Source of the DNA: Tricharina praecox
Taxonomy: Eukaryota
Length of the DNA: 64,000 bases
NCBI RefSeq assembly: GCF_024521635.1
Contig: NW_026250409.1
Coordinates: forward strand, 558,001-622,000
Reading direction: 5' to 3'
Shown here: positions 1 through 12,377 of the stretch, in pieces
How positions within the stretch are numbered: the stretch's first letter is position 1
Layout: each line of letters starts with the position of its first letter
Program-made: the position numbers and the translations under genes
Notes under the pieces: model-generated
The model's database searches: none
The model's input: only the letters and a program-made list of their open reading frames with translations
Told to the model about the DNA's origin: nothing

Positions 1-256
1 AGACATGATCATGTTGTTTGACGAGTGAGTGCCTGTGTCCGCCACACCGGCGGTGTCAGGTTCCAATCCGCCATTGCAGGAGGCATCACGAAGGATTGAC
101 GAAGCCTCACGATCCTAGACTCTTGGAACAATCCAAAAGCAAGTATTATTATACCTATAAGGGTAGTGGTGTGGCGTTTTACGGTGGCGTTTTCCGTGGC
201 TCAACCCTAAGTTTCCGACCGTCGGATTTAAATACGCCCTGACCGCAACGTACATA

Positions 257-348
257 CTGTATAGTGAAGGGGAGGGTAAAAAATACGCTTTGTGACCGTA
301 CCGATAGGCCAAAAAGCGTATTTTTTACCCCCCCCCTTCACTATACAG
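257..348. mobile_element. 92-bp hairpin MITE-like element
   Basis: Near-perfect ~35-bp inverted arms (CTGTATAGTGAAGGGGAGGGTAAAAAATACGCTTT ... AAAGCGTATTTTTTACCCCCCCCCTTCACTATACAG) flanked by the direct repeat TACATA (251-256, 349-354). Confidence 0.7.
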
Positions 349-581
349 TACATACTTAATAAGTATGTAAATGTAAAACTTATGTTCCGCAAAACCTGAT
401 TCGGCCGATAGGTACATCATACATCACGGTTTCATCGACCATAGCGACGCAACATCATACGGCATCTGTCAATGTATTATCACTCGCTTGGTGGGTCAGA
501 TGCACGCATAAATATCAGTGGTCATCCGTCTCCCCTCCCCACCATCTCTCCGCCCTCTGCGCCCTCTCCGCCCTCTCGCTT

Positions 582-2433
582 CTACGAAGTTGGCACGAAA
601 ACCCTGTCAATATCCGGGCCTGAACACCTCAACATCAGCACGTTTCCTCGTTTTATCGATTATAGACTCGGGCAACTCACCCCAACCGCCATCGACACCA
701 GAGATGCGGATAGTATTGCTGGTGCCGGCATTCAGCTGTGCCGTGAAGCTGACGACCGCCGTCTCCTGCCCGGAACCACCAGGAATGAACGCCACGCGCT
801 GGCCGACGCCGTTGACTTCGATCAGCGCAAACCGCTGCGTCGTGTCTCCGTTGGTATACCGCATGCGGATGGTGGTCCGCGTTGTGACGTCGCTCTGCAC
901 GTTGCTGAATGTTACTGTCCCACTCGAGGTCCCGCCGATGTAGCCGACCGCGGACCCGCTGCACCCGCTGCACGTCACGGTTTGGGCGCCGCCGCCGAGA
1001 GTCGCCGATTCCGCTTCGTAGACGGTATCGCTAGGCGCCGCCGACCAGCTGCCTGAGGAGACGGAAGGTATCCAGTTGTAATACCAGGGCTGCCACGGGG
1101 TAAGTTAGCGAAGGCGAGTGATGACAGCGGGAAGGAGGAGTGCAGACCAGCGAAGCAGTGGTGCCGGAAACGGTCAGCGGAAGCCAGACGTATGTGGAGC
1201 GCATTAGATTTGACGAGACCCAGCGATCACCCATGTACCTGCTCGCGAGATCAGTGGAGCACTACAGCGTTTCGGAAATATCAATGCGAACATCGCAAAG
1301 CTGTTTGAGACGGGAAGAATGAATGACGTCTGAGACGTGTGCGTGAGGGTGCCGACGGGGGCAACTGCGGAGTCGTATTAGCTGGGTGGCTCCCGGACAT
1401 CCATCTACCGGTCCGTCACTCACAGGTGCTCCAGGCAGACCAGGGCCCGCTGAGACTGGTGGCGGTGGAGTAGAGATTGTCGTTCGCATCTGTCCGGCTC
1501 CGCAGTTAGACAAACACGTCCGACCATCCGGAGGAGGAGGAAAATTGCTTACTCCACCCCGTAAGCTTGCTCGCAAACATAAAGTACACGCCGTCTCGCT
1601 TCAGTATAGCCGGAGACTCGTACTTCTCCGCCCACGTATAGACTATACTCTCGACAGTGAGAAAGTCGCTCGATAGCTTCTCAATCCTCAATCCGTTGAC
1701 CCGCTATTCGAAGTCAGCAGGTGTTGCGGTCGTTACGAGCGGAGCCAAGCGGATTTTCTCACATCTTCAGTCAGAAGGTACGCGGAGCCATCGTCGTCTA
1801 CACGGAACGGTCAGCCGCCTCATTCGCCAGGACTCAGGATCCCGGGGGAGTCAGTGGAGCAGAACAGACCCTTATACATCCCGATATCGCGACTCTGGTA
1901 GCCCATCGGCTGGAAGCTTCCCTGGTAGGTATAGCTGCCACAGACGCTGTTTCCAACAGCGACGCCGACCTTTGCCTCGCCATAATTCGAGCTATCGATG
2001 TGCATATACAGCACAAACTTCCCAGTAGCATCGTTGTAGACCACCTTTGGGCGCTCCACCACGCGGCTCGGGCCCAGGTCACCGCTCGCGGCCAGAGTCA
2101 GCAGCTGGCCGACATACGTCCACTCGACGAGATTGGCCGAAGAGTAGCAGTTGACGGATTGGAACGAGGAGCCGTTCAGTTTGTTCTCGCCGATGAGGTA
2201 GTATGTACTGCCGACTTTGGTGATCGCCGCGCCGTGCGCTTGGATGTGCTGGCCGTTGGAGGCGGTCCAGCTACCTCCGGAGACCTGAGACGACCGAGTT
2301 TCAGCTAATGCCTCCTTAAGAGACAAACCGGAGGACGGGGGAAGCGGCGGGTACTATAGTTACGTACGATCTGCAGCGTCGCATGGACGAGGCTCGCCAA
2401 GCAAGCATTTATGAATAGTTGAAGAAACAGCAT
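582..2433 (-). CDS. Secreted GH43 (subfamily 24-like) exo-beta-1,3-galactanase with C-terminal CBM35-like module, multi-exon
   Basis: Signal peptide MLFLQLFINACLASLVHATLQI spliced to VSGGSWTASNGQHIQAHGAAI. Motifs YYLIGE, VVERPKVVYN, LYMHID, YQSRD, YESPA, YMGDRW, STYVWLP. CBM part YEAESATLGGGAQTVTCSGCSG...GPDIDRVFVPTS*. About 9 GT-AG introns. Confidence 0.9.
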
Positions 2434-2704
2434 TGTGACGACACTAAATTTGTTGTTGTATACCGAAACTATGCATTCAGGAACGTCCGTCCCCCCACCA
2501 CTCTTAACGTCTTCTTATACATACATGTTCAGCAATGGAACCGCATTTCTCCCGGTGGGAATAGAGTACATAGGCTGAAGTCCTCGCTTGCCTGCCTATA
2601 ACCATATATTTCCCCGCGTTTTGATAAAGGGGGACGGAAACACGCGGGTCGATCAATGTCAAACGCCGACTACCGGTATGTATAGTAGGATGGGCGTAGG
2701 CAAC

Positions 2705-2772
2705 TCACTTCCACATGGGAAGTTCACTTCCACAGGGCCAGGAAGTTCGCTTCCACGTGGGAAGCTCGCTTC
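2705..2772. repeat. Three-plus tandem quasi-palindromic units TCRCTTCCAC..GGAAGY
   Basis: Units at 2705-2723, 2724-2746 and 2747-2765, with a partial at 2766-2772; lies upstream of the GH43 ATG. Confidence 0.75.
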
Positions 2773-3219
2773 GAACGTTGCGGGGAGATTTCATATGGAT
2801 ATATCCCTCAGTCGGGGAAACGATCAATTTTGTCTCCGAGAGAGAGAGGCCGGCAGCCCAGACCGTGAATCCGTCTATATCTATAGTACAAGGCCGCCAT
2901 TATCCGGGCCGAGTACCGAGATTTGAATGTCCATCCCGTCGGTAACTTACCCCTCTTAATTGATTGAAAGCTCTGGTTGAAAGACGGTGGTTGGCCGAGA
3001 AGCATGCCATTCTAGCATAAGATATTAAATATTATCGTCAGACGCCGGTAACTGCGGGACGTCCGTTCAAGAAACATGTGAGAAAGCACCAGACAGAAAC
3101 AAAAACCCCCAAACAAAAATACTCCTCCGCACAGAAAGACAAACAGCAAGGAAACACCGAATATCCCCGTCCTTCTCCATGAAGATCCTCCTTGATACAT
3201 AGCCGCGGCTCTCCTGCTT

Positions 3220-4728
3220 CTACGGCGCAGGAGCTCCTCCCCGAGCTCTTCCCCAAGCTGGCCCACCCTTAAACCTCTCCCACCGCTCTTGCAGCTTCGC
3301 CACCTTCCTCTCGAACTCTTCCGTACCGTTTTCAGGACACTCCCCATCCGTAACCTCCTTCCCATCCTCGTACTGAGCACGTGGGTTGGTGTACTGATAA
3401 TTGAAGATGTTTTGCCGAATATCCATCACCTCCCTCGTCTTAACCGGTCCCGCGAGCCTGCCCATCTCAAGTGGCCACTCCAGCGTGATATTCGCATCGG
3501 GGAAGTCGGCGTAGTCTTCTTCCGGGAAGAGGAAGGGTTGCGGCCTTAGCGGACCTGTTATTTCCGCCGTTCGCTCTTCAATATTCCTTGCTTGCCATTC
3601 CCACCAGATTCGGTCGATGTTCGCGTGGTGGAGATAGAACAGAGGGTCGACTGGGCCCAGGTATATGTCTGCGCCTGCCTTGGGACCACTACATGCAGAA
3701 ATCTCGCCGTCAGCTCAACCGCAGGAATACGAGTTACGTTGCGTTGCGGCGAAGGACAGGTGCTTACCCAGCGATGAAGTGTCCGCAAGGATGGAGTCCA
3801 AAATACTGATCGTACGGTCCCAGCGCGCCTTGCAAGTTCTGGTACATGCTGATGTAATCTGGCTGGCGCTTCACCACCTCCTCGACTTCCCGTGTGCACC
3901 AGTTCCTACCCACCTTCTCGTTGATGGACCGCGTCAAGCACCGGTCGTCTCGCAGCTCGGTGAAGTTTCTGACGGCGATGTGGATGGTCCAATCTTTGAA
4001 TGGACCGTCTTTCTGGCAGCCGCCACCAGAGCCGGTCGGCAGTCCTGGTGGCATCTCCGGGAAGGGACCCACTGATTCGCCAGCACCGCCGAATCCGTGC
4101 TCGACGTCGAATATCGGCGAGTCTCTTAGCTCCCCTGGATGAGAATCGAGAGAGTAGTCCCAGTAACTGAGGGGATGTCAAGGTATGCAGCAGTGGAGGC
4201 GTGAGGGAGAACTCACGGTTGGGTTCCCTCATAGCCGCACTGCTTCCTCAAAGCGTTCTCATAGACCCAAACGAAGTAGCGATGCCAAGGGAGGAATTGT
4301 GACTGTACGAATGGTTAGCACCTCTCCGAAAAATTTCACTCTTTCAAGGAGGGGACGACAACTGACTTCAACGTGCACGAAAGGCGTCCGGAGTTTATGC
4401 TCAGCGGCGAAATCCTCATACATCGTCAAGCTACTCGGCACGAGGTCCTGGTATGTGCCCGGCGTGCTATGCAAACACTTGACCGCCCTGATGTAGTCTT
4501 TTCTCTGCGGGATGGTCAACTGTCTCCTGCGATATTTGTTAGCTTCAGTGTTCACATCCAACGCCCCCGCCTTCGAAGGACCCACCATTCTTTCCGAACT
4601 CGCACGGGCTCCGTCGAATACGCAGCGTCATATCCAAACGGATGGTCGGAGTTTGAGGGGTAATTGGGAACTACAAGTGCCCCGGCCACAGTCACCAGGA
4701 AGATCGTGATGATAGTTGTAAACCACAT
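3220..4728 (-). CDS. Secreted tyrosinase-like di-copper-centre protein, multi-exon
   Basis: Signal peptide MWFTTIITIFLVTVAGA; RVRKEW|RQL..YIRAVKCL; CuA region EH...H...FLPWHRYFVWVYENALRKQCGY; YWD; DGPF; CLTR; CuB region GLHPCGH...DPLFYLHHANIDRIWWEWQ. Confidence 0.9.
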
Positions 4729-6108
4729 TCTGTCGTGTGTGCTGGATCGGTTTGTTGTGGCCCAAGTGCGGTAGGGAGTACGATATATAAAGGTTAGCAC
4801 ATGTGCCCATTACCTCTACATACCCCCGTCCCCCTGTCTCCCGTCCGCTCGTCCGCCAGGAAGACGGAACGTTTGTTTGTTTTTTTCACTGCTTTTTTGG
4901 TGGCCATCACCTGTAGGCTGCACTGCCCGGGTCCGTGGACAACACACAAGGCGAGAGGTATCTATGTACATATGGATATCCCTCGCAACGAGGCTGATGC
5001 GGAAACGGGTCTTTTACGCGGAGCGTCTGGTGTCGATAATTTTGAAGATACCTTGCCACTGATTGGCCAGTATATGGGGTACGATGCAGGTGAGATACAG
5101 GTGAGATATGCTAGATGAGAGGGAGGGGGGGAGGAGGCCTCCGACAGAATTAGATGGTTGAAACACCCCCGCCTTCCCGAGCAAACAAACTGGTGGTGAC
5201 AAGGGATTGTTTTGCTAGCATCTCCGTCCATGCGTCCGATCTGCCATTCGTCTTGGAGTTAATCTGAGAACGTTGGAACCATTAGTGATTCACATGCAGG
5301 CCGGTTGAGCAGCCCCGTCATCCTCGCAATTGGATGCATGTATGTACGTGCGGACCTGGAAATATCCCCACCAAAGTCGAGTGAGAGAGACGAGAACTCC
5401 GATCCCCCACCCCTCGCAAGACCGATGCGAATGCGCTACAGCTGAAGCCTTGCAAGTCCCAGCTACAGCCCGAAGACGTGCCACATATCTAGAACCGGGG
5501 ACGGCGATGCCTCAGTGCTCACTTGGATCTGATCCGTACACACGCCCCTCCCACACACACACACAGACACGCTCCAGCACCATTGGTCGGCACAAGAACG
5601 CTTCGCTGCTGTCGTTATAGATCTATATCGGCACTTTATTCACGGCCCTTAGAACGAGTTGTCTCTATTAGACGGAGGAAACTATTACCAGTACACTGTA
5701 CACTTCATGCCGGCTTCTCCATGCCGGTCTGGTAAGGCGATTTCTGGTAAGAAATTGGGGTAACTAGCCTCCAGTTATCCTGTCTCGGGACTCGAGCAGA
5801 GCTACCGTACCCTGCAGTTGGGTAGTTGCCTAGACTGCTGCTCATGGCGCTGGTGCAGGTGCATGGATGGGCGTTCACTTCTGGGAGTCGAAGAGACCGC
5901 TCAAGGGTGATAACTGACGAGTCACAACGTCACAATCAGCTGGCCACGTCGAGTAGATACGAGAGCCATGATTGGGGGAGACCGCAATGTTGTGGCTGTA
6001 AGGAATCTGCAGGATGCAAGTAGTATGAAGACAAGCTTTTCGGTTAGCGGGACCAGTTGCGGCATGAGAACAAGCTTTCTCCAGCTGGTGCGACCCTTGG
6101 TTGCTATC

Positions 6109-6138
6109 CTGGGATCCTGGGATCCTGGGATCCTGGGA
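6109..6138. repeat. (CCTGGGAT)n 8-bp tandem repeat, ~4 copies
   Basis: cctgggatcctgggatcctgggatcctggga read directly. Confidence 0.85.
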
Positions 6139-9100
6139 ATGAAATACATACGCGAGCTGAGAGCATCACGGAAGGCTGAAGGTGCAGCACTGAAGAATCG
6201 AAATAACTCCTCCGTTGATGACCCGTATCATCTCGTACTCGTAAGTTGCAGTGGGATGAGGGCATCCTGGACCATCCAACTTTGCCGGAGGTACCTGCGC
6301 CCTGGGTTAGGGGATTCGAGGTGGAGGGCACAGTGAAGATCCGGGGACGTTCAAGACGGAAAACACAGCAAAGATCCGGGAGTGTTTGAAGGGAAGACAC
6401 AGCTGAGATCCAGGCAGATTTGAAGTTGAAGGCAGCTGAGATCCAGCGGCATTCGAGGCAGAAGACACAGCGACGATCCTGCGGATTCGGGACTGGGCCT
6501 GCAAAGCCGGTTTGGACAGAGCTCTCATATTGGCACGACTCAGTCGACCCCGTGTCCCCACCGACCTACCGGTCACGATGTTTGGCCGTTTGAGCTTCCA
6601 GCCAGCCGGATACATCCGCTCCACGGGTCGTTCTATCCAAGCTATTGGACATCTGTGCTGGTGGCGGGAAATCGCTGCTAAACACAGACACGAACGGCCG
6701 GCTTCATAGGCAACAGGCCACCAGTCTGACGTGGACGGCACGTTCCGTGGACCCTACCTTTAGGGAAACAGTTTTTCGCCCTGTCGTCGCTCCGTCGAGG
6801 TCGCCATGAGTAAAACTTTACTCCAGAGGTGTAGTCACTGGTGCTCTCGCTGATTTCCCATGTCTAGGAATTCCGATCATTCGTGAGCATTTTTCAACGG
6901 ACTACCTAGAGATGCAAGGGGACGGTTCTTGCATCCTGAAATAACGATTGAGTTCCATATCCAGTGGGAAACCGTGTGGACGGTCATACGGCGATTACAA
7001 GAAGTAAAAAAGAAAACTTCCTCGGAATCTAGTAATATACGGATATCCTGGTCAGTATTTTATGGTTATCCGACGGGGCTGGTCTCTCGAACCCCGCAGG
7101 TCCGGACTAGGGATACGATGGTAGGGTGGGAGTGCTGTCATCTCCCGTGTACTGTCTGGCCATCATCTCAAGAGTATGGTATTCTTCCCTGCCATTTCCT
7201 ATGGCTCCCTCCGGAGAGAGTGCAACTTGGTGAGTGTGACACAGGGTGGATGTGGGCGAGGCAGCAGTCATGCACGGTGGCTGTAGGGTGATACAAGTGG
7301 TGGCGCCGAACCACCGAGAACCTCTTCTCGCCCACCACCGGAACCAGAGAATGTACTCACTTCTCGCAAATAGGTAAATCATGACACCCCGCATCGTGAG
7401 AATTTAGGTAAGAGGCAGACCTTTCCTGTATGCCCGTGAACAGCAGCCTGCCAGGAACGTGGTCCACTCACGGTCAATGGCACTGCGGCACAACAATGGG
7501 CACCGATAGTGGGCACCATGCGGCTAGGAAGATTGAGTGCGTGCCAACGGTAGACAGCACTCATACACGAACAACGTGGTCGATACGGATGCTGTAGATG
7601 AACAGGCTCCGATCCGGTCGGTGGACAGCATTCAGGTAGGCTGGAAACTGTTCGGTGGTGGAAAGTACAGAGGTAAGCGGTATGCAGTCAGCTACATCTC
7701 GCACGAATTAGCAGCCATAGTGGAACGTAAATAGGAGGGAGAACCATCCTGGCGGGAGCTACCGGTACAGCTCCGTCGAGCTGGCCGAGGTGATGAGTGT
7801 AGGCGCAGCACAAAATAGGATACAGTCCGTAAATAGGCAGCACCAATATCTGCAACGCTCCCTGTCGTCTGTGTCGTCTCGAACACGTCTTCGGCTAAAG
7901 ATTCGTCCTGTATTCAGATCACTGAAAAGGTTGAGGAGCTTCGTTTGCGCTCACTAATCTTGAGTTGGGTATTCCACTTACACGAAGGAAATCTTGGACA
8001 GATACATATTTCATACACAAACATCATGCGAATCGGGAAAACGAAATCCACGACAGGCCTCGTCGCTGTGCCGGAGAGCGACCTCGAAAGACGATTGAAC
8101 ATGGGCAGTACTCAGGCTGCTCGCTGACCAGCCATCGTGCACTCGCACTGGCACTCGGATCGGGCCAGCTGTTTAGCTACAGCTCGTGAAAACGGCCGGG
8201 AACCATGAAGAGCGTAGTTAGCATCGTCAACAATAATAGCAGACGGGTAAGTCACCTGGCCTTTGGTTTCTTCGCACCGCGGCGTGCCTAGCTCCGTGGC
8301 ACCCCCCGGTACTTGCAGTCCAATGTCCCGCGGACCGGAACGACGGAACACTTGGAGATTCCACCTACACACAAACAATCGTAGCTGTTAGATAGACGAT
8401 TCCGAGTGACCGACTGCACGGTATTCGCCCGTGTGTGTGCCTCCACACTAGTAGCCCGAGCAGATGTGAAATCGCCAAGCAGATCCGGAAATCCGCCTGA
8501 CAGATGCTCTCCATGGGTCCGTATTCATGTACATACTCACCGTGGAATCTGACTTGTCGGTGCACGGATTTGTCTTTCTGATTTCCACGCCACCCGCACC
8601 GTAAGCCCGCCGTCCATGCATGGAAGTAGCATCAGAATGAACCGTGATGTTGCCGGAAGTTACTCGGTGTTGTTATTATTTGGGAGATTTACCCAACTGC
8701 GGCACCGTTTTTTCGAGGGCTCTTCGCCAATGCCTCTCCAGGCCGGTGGGCGTTCGGAGGAAGGGAGCACACACAGAGGAGAGAGCAGAGATGGGGGGTT
8801 GACCGTCTATTCGATAGATGATCGAGAAAGAAGATGATGATGACGAAGAGGAAGAAGAAGAAGAAGAAGAAGAAGACCCCGTCATGCTGGCCAACATTGA
8901 TGCCCACTACTAACCACATTCGTTTTCTCCCGCCGACAGTCCTCCTTCGCTTCTTCATCTCACCGACAGCTCCTCCATCACTACTCTAGTCCGCCACACC
9001 GTCGCGCACTGGAGGTTGAGAAAACATTCACTCTAACCCTCCAACTACCGAATCTATTTCATCCGCACACCTCACCTGCCAGTTGCTATTGGTATTCAAG

Positions 9101-10241
9101 AACACCATCACGTTTATCACGAACATGAATATGTCATTAAATGGGCTTTTCGCAGTCAGTGCAATCTATACTACAGTCAATGCGTGTGTGTGCCTTAGGG
9201 AGCCCGCCACTCCATCTTCCAGTCTTGATCCATCTGTATATCGTCTTACCTCCTGTGTATGGGGGATTTGGGTTCCTAGCCGCTCATTTTGCTTCCTCCC
9301 CTCAACCCTCGATGATGAAGTTTATCAGAGGGACTCTTCTCGCCTCCACAGCCGGTGGTGAGAGAGAGATCTTCAGTTTATTTCGCATGCAGCCTATCTA
9401 GACTATGGCGAACCGCCGCACTCCTTTCCTGCCCACTCTGGCACCACAGCCGGTGGCAGCGTAAGGCGTGTCACGTGATACCAGATACCGAGTGATATCT
9501 AGGCAACTAGTGCTCCAAAAAACCGTCACCACCGCCGACGGGTGGCTTGGAAACCCCAAGAGTTGAATAGAAAGGTCTTTCACCTGGGTTGAACCGAGAC
9601 CTTCCCCTCAACCGCCCTCGCCGATTGCGTGGCCTATATACCACTAGACCACGCAGGGGTTTTTTTCCGTGCTGGAAACATGAATTTGATACCTATGAAG
9701 TGGTAGCTCACTGGTCACCCCCCGCGACGGACATTGAAGCTCCGCCACAACGAGGCTGTCTGCGTTAAACGAGCGAACAATGTCATCCTCCTTCACTTCC
9801 TCCTCTCGCCGACAGCTCCTCCACACCCCATAACAGTCCTCCATCGCTGTGCCACACCCCTACACAGGAGGTAAGACGATATACAGATGGATCAAGACTG
9901 GAAGATTGCCGGGGACGGGCTCCCTAGGGTATGTACAAGCAATGCGTGAATCACGCATTGACTGTATACCTTCTTCAGCCAAAAGCTCAGATATCTGGAC
10001 CTGTGCCTTCCGCTCCGTGGTCTTCCGCCGAACCTCCACCCAGGGGATCGTTTGCTGGGATTGCTATGTCCTGTAGCTCCTGAACGAGTGCTCACTCGAC
10101 TACATATCTGCATTATGGCAATATCTACCTATGCACCCCCGTTTCCACGCCACTGTTCCACCCAACTTTCATCGAGCGGCTTGATGTGGCTTTCTCTGCC
10201 CTCTGCCCCGGCCTGTCCCGACGATATGAGCGCACCAAAGA

Positions 10242-10725
10242 AATAACACTAAGAAAAGACAAAGTCAACTCCCTCGACTCGTCCGCTCCCTCGAATCGTC
10301 CCTACTCCACTGCGAGTGCTTAATCCGCCGCGAGCCCCTCATTCCCCTCGCCGCCTCCTGCCTCTTCACCAGGGGATGCCATGAAAGAAGGTGTGGGGAG
10401 GAACAGTGGGAGTGACCCCGGCTCCTCAACCTCAACACCTTCCTCCTCCTCCTCCTCTCGCCTCAGCTCCGCCTCCATTTCTTCCCGCTCCCTGAGCTCC
10501 CACTCGGATACCTCACTCGCTACATCTTCCTCAGCGGCCTCTAGCATCCGTCTGCCCACATCAGTGGAGGAGAAGAAATATAGGATGGCCTGGCTGCATC
10601 GCTCGTCTACGAAGAGATCCCGGTTTTTGAAGCGGTCTCTGCCCATAGTGTCTTTTGCTGACTTTTCCATTCCCGACAGGACTTGAGAAGGTGCTCCCTG
10701 GTCTGGGTCTTGTAGCTGCACCATC
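10242..10725 (-). mobile_element. Degenerate 3' end of a non-LTR (LINE, Tad1-like) retrotransposon ORF2
   Basis: Minus strand encodes WCSYKTQTREHLLKSCREWKSQQK (C-terminal Zn-knuckle-like). After a frameshift it continues GRDRFKNRDLFVDERCSQAILYFFSSTDVGR...SEVSEWELRERE...LPLFLPTPSFMAS. The same tail recurs at 39643-39734. Confidence 0.7.
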
Positions 10726-12377
10726 CGGGTCGACAAACCGGCACAGCCTTGATGCCAAGTTTGAGTCTGCGCGTGCGAGTGATCGCCTATGGGGCGGGAT
10801 GATGTGGTTATATAAATTCGAAGCTGGGAATCGCAATTCCGGGAGTCGCATTCCCGGGAGGAAAAGACCCTGGAATTTTGACAGAACAAACGGATGGAGT
10901 TGAAATTGCACCGCGATGAGAATGGAATCGATGGTACATACCTCTTCCCATGTATACGTATACCCGAGTCGTATACACGAGACGAGAGGCTTGAGCTTCC
11001 ATGAGCCTGTCACTTCAAGATCTGCTCCACTCCCCGTCACGGCGCAGTTTCCGTCACCACATAACTACTACGGAGATTTGCCGTGTCGAGATGGAGACAG
11101 CCGCTCGCTACGGTACTCCAGATATCTCGTATTCCGTCGTTTATGGCTGTGTACGTACTCGTACCATGCATACTTCGCAGCCAAGAAGCGCGTCGACGGG
11201 CGTGTCGTCAGCGCCCTAAGCCACGCCGGGAGGCATGCATCCCCGTAGAGTATCTGGGTGGCGGTGCACTGCACGTCGCCTGGAGAGTTCTGTCGGGACT
11301 CGGAGGCTCAAGAATCACCGACGACGTGAACAATCAACGCTGTCTTTTCCGTACATCAGTGAGGAGGGAATCAATCGAAGGCCGGTGAAGTAGCTTCGTA
11401 TTCTGCTCCATGCAGAGGAACCTCTCGTGCCCTGCACCAACTAGCTGCATTCCGGGAGATCGCGGCGAGTCGTAAGGGTCCAGTTGCGGTGGTCGCCATA
11501 GTAACGGGAGGGGCAGCACATGCGCTCAGCGCTGCCTAACCCCCGCCCCCGCCTGAGCTGAGCAGGCACACGACAGCCCACAAAAAGCCGCAGTAGCTGA
11601 GTAGAGAGAGGATAGAGGATATGTACGAAGACGAAGAGCTTGAGGCAGTGATCGTATTGATGAAGCTCTATCTCTCTCTATCAATCTCGCCGTTGCTCTT
11701 GCCTGCCTAACTCGCGATAGAGCAGTAGACGCTCTCGACTTGAGAGTACCGGTGTCTATGTGCTCTCAAACTTCAAAGGTTGTCAGCCGCAGTCAGCTGA
11801 AAATAGCAGCGGGCAATAAACACCAGCAACTGGGCTCTTAAGCTTGCCAGGGCGACTAGGCTAGGCGAACTCGTTTCATGAGCCACCGCTCCCGTCTTCT
11901 TTTTCAACTTTCTTTCCTCCGCATCATCCATCTCCCTCTTCTTGTTCTCCCTCTATTCTACTTCAACCTCGTTCAAAGCTACTCCTCCATCCTCCTGCAA
12001 CCCCCCCTCTGCATCCCTTGCCTTGTGTTCAGCAAGAGTAATCACCAAAAACTCGCTAAGCAACGTCATACGCCCACCTCAGCACTACACCACCACCACC
12101 TCCTCCAGCCGTTGCAGCACCTCACCTAAACCAACCAACAACCAGGCACACCACTTTCCGTGCTCCTCTTGTCTCCGCTTCCGTCCGTTCGGAAACCCCT
12201 CTCAACAGCTACCATCACCTCCATCGTTCTACGAAGGCATCGAGTCCCACAACCCCATCCGAATCGTCCAAGTCTCGCTCGGCGCGGTACTTTCCGGTTC
12301 CGACACCAAAACTAAACACAGCCCAATCCGCATCCCGGTGGGGTGATCGATCCAGCGACAGCAGCAGCACCGCAACG

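Noticed and set aside
6900..8650. Possible degenerate multi-exon gene on the minus strand (splice-like signals, Cys-containing fragments)
   Set aside because: Could not assemble a consistent reading frame or recognise a family.
10320..10889. 189-aa ORF as a host gene
   Set aside because: Frameshifted relative to the Zn-knuckle segment and repeated at 39.6 kb; better explained as a LINE remnant.
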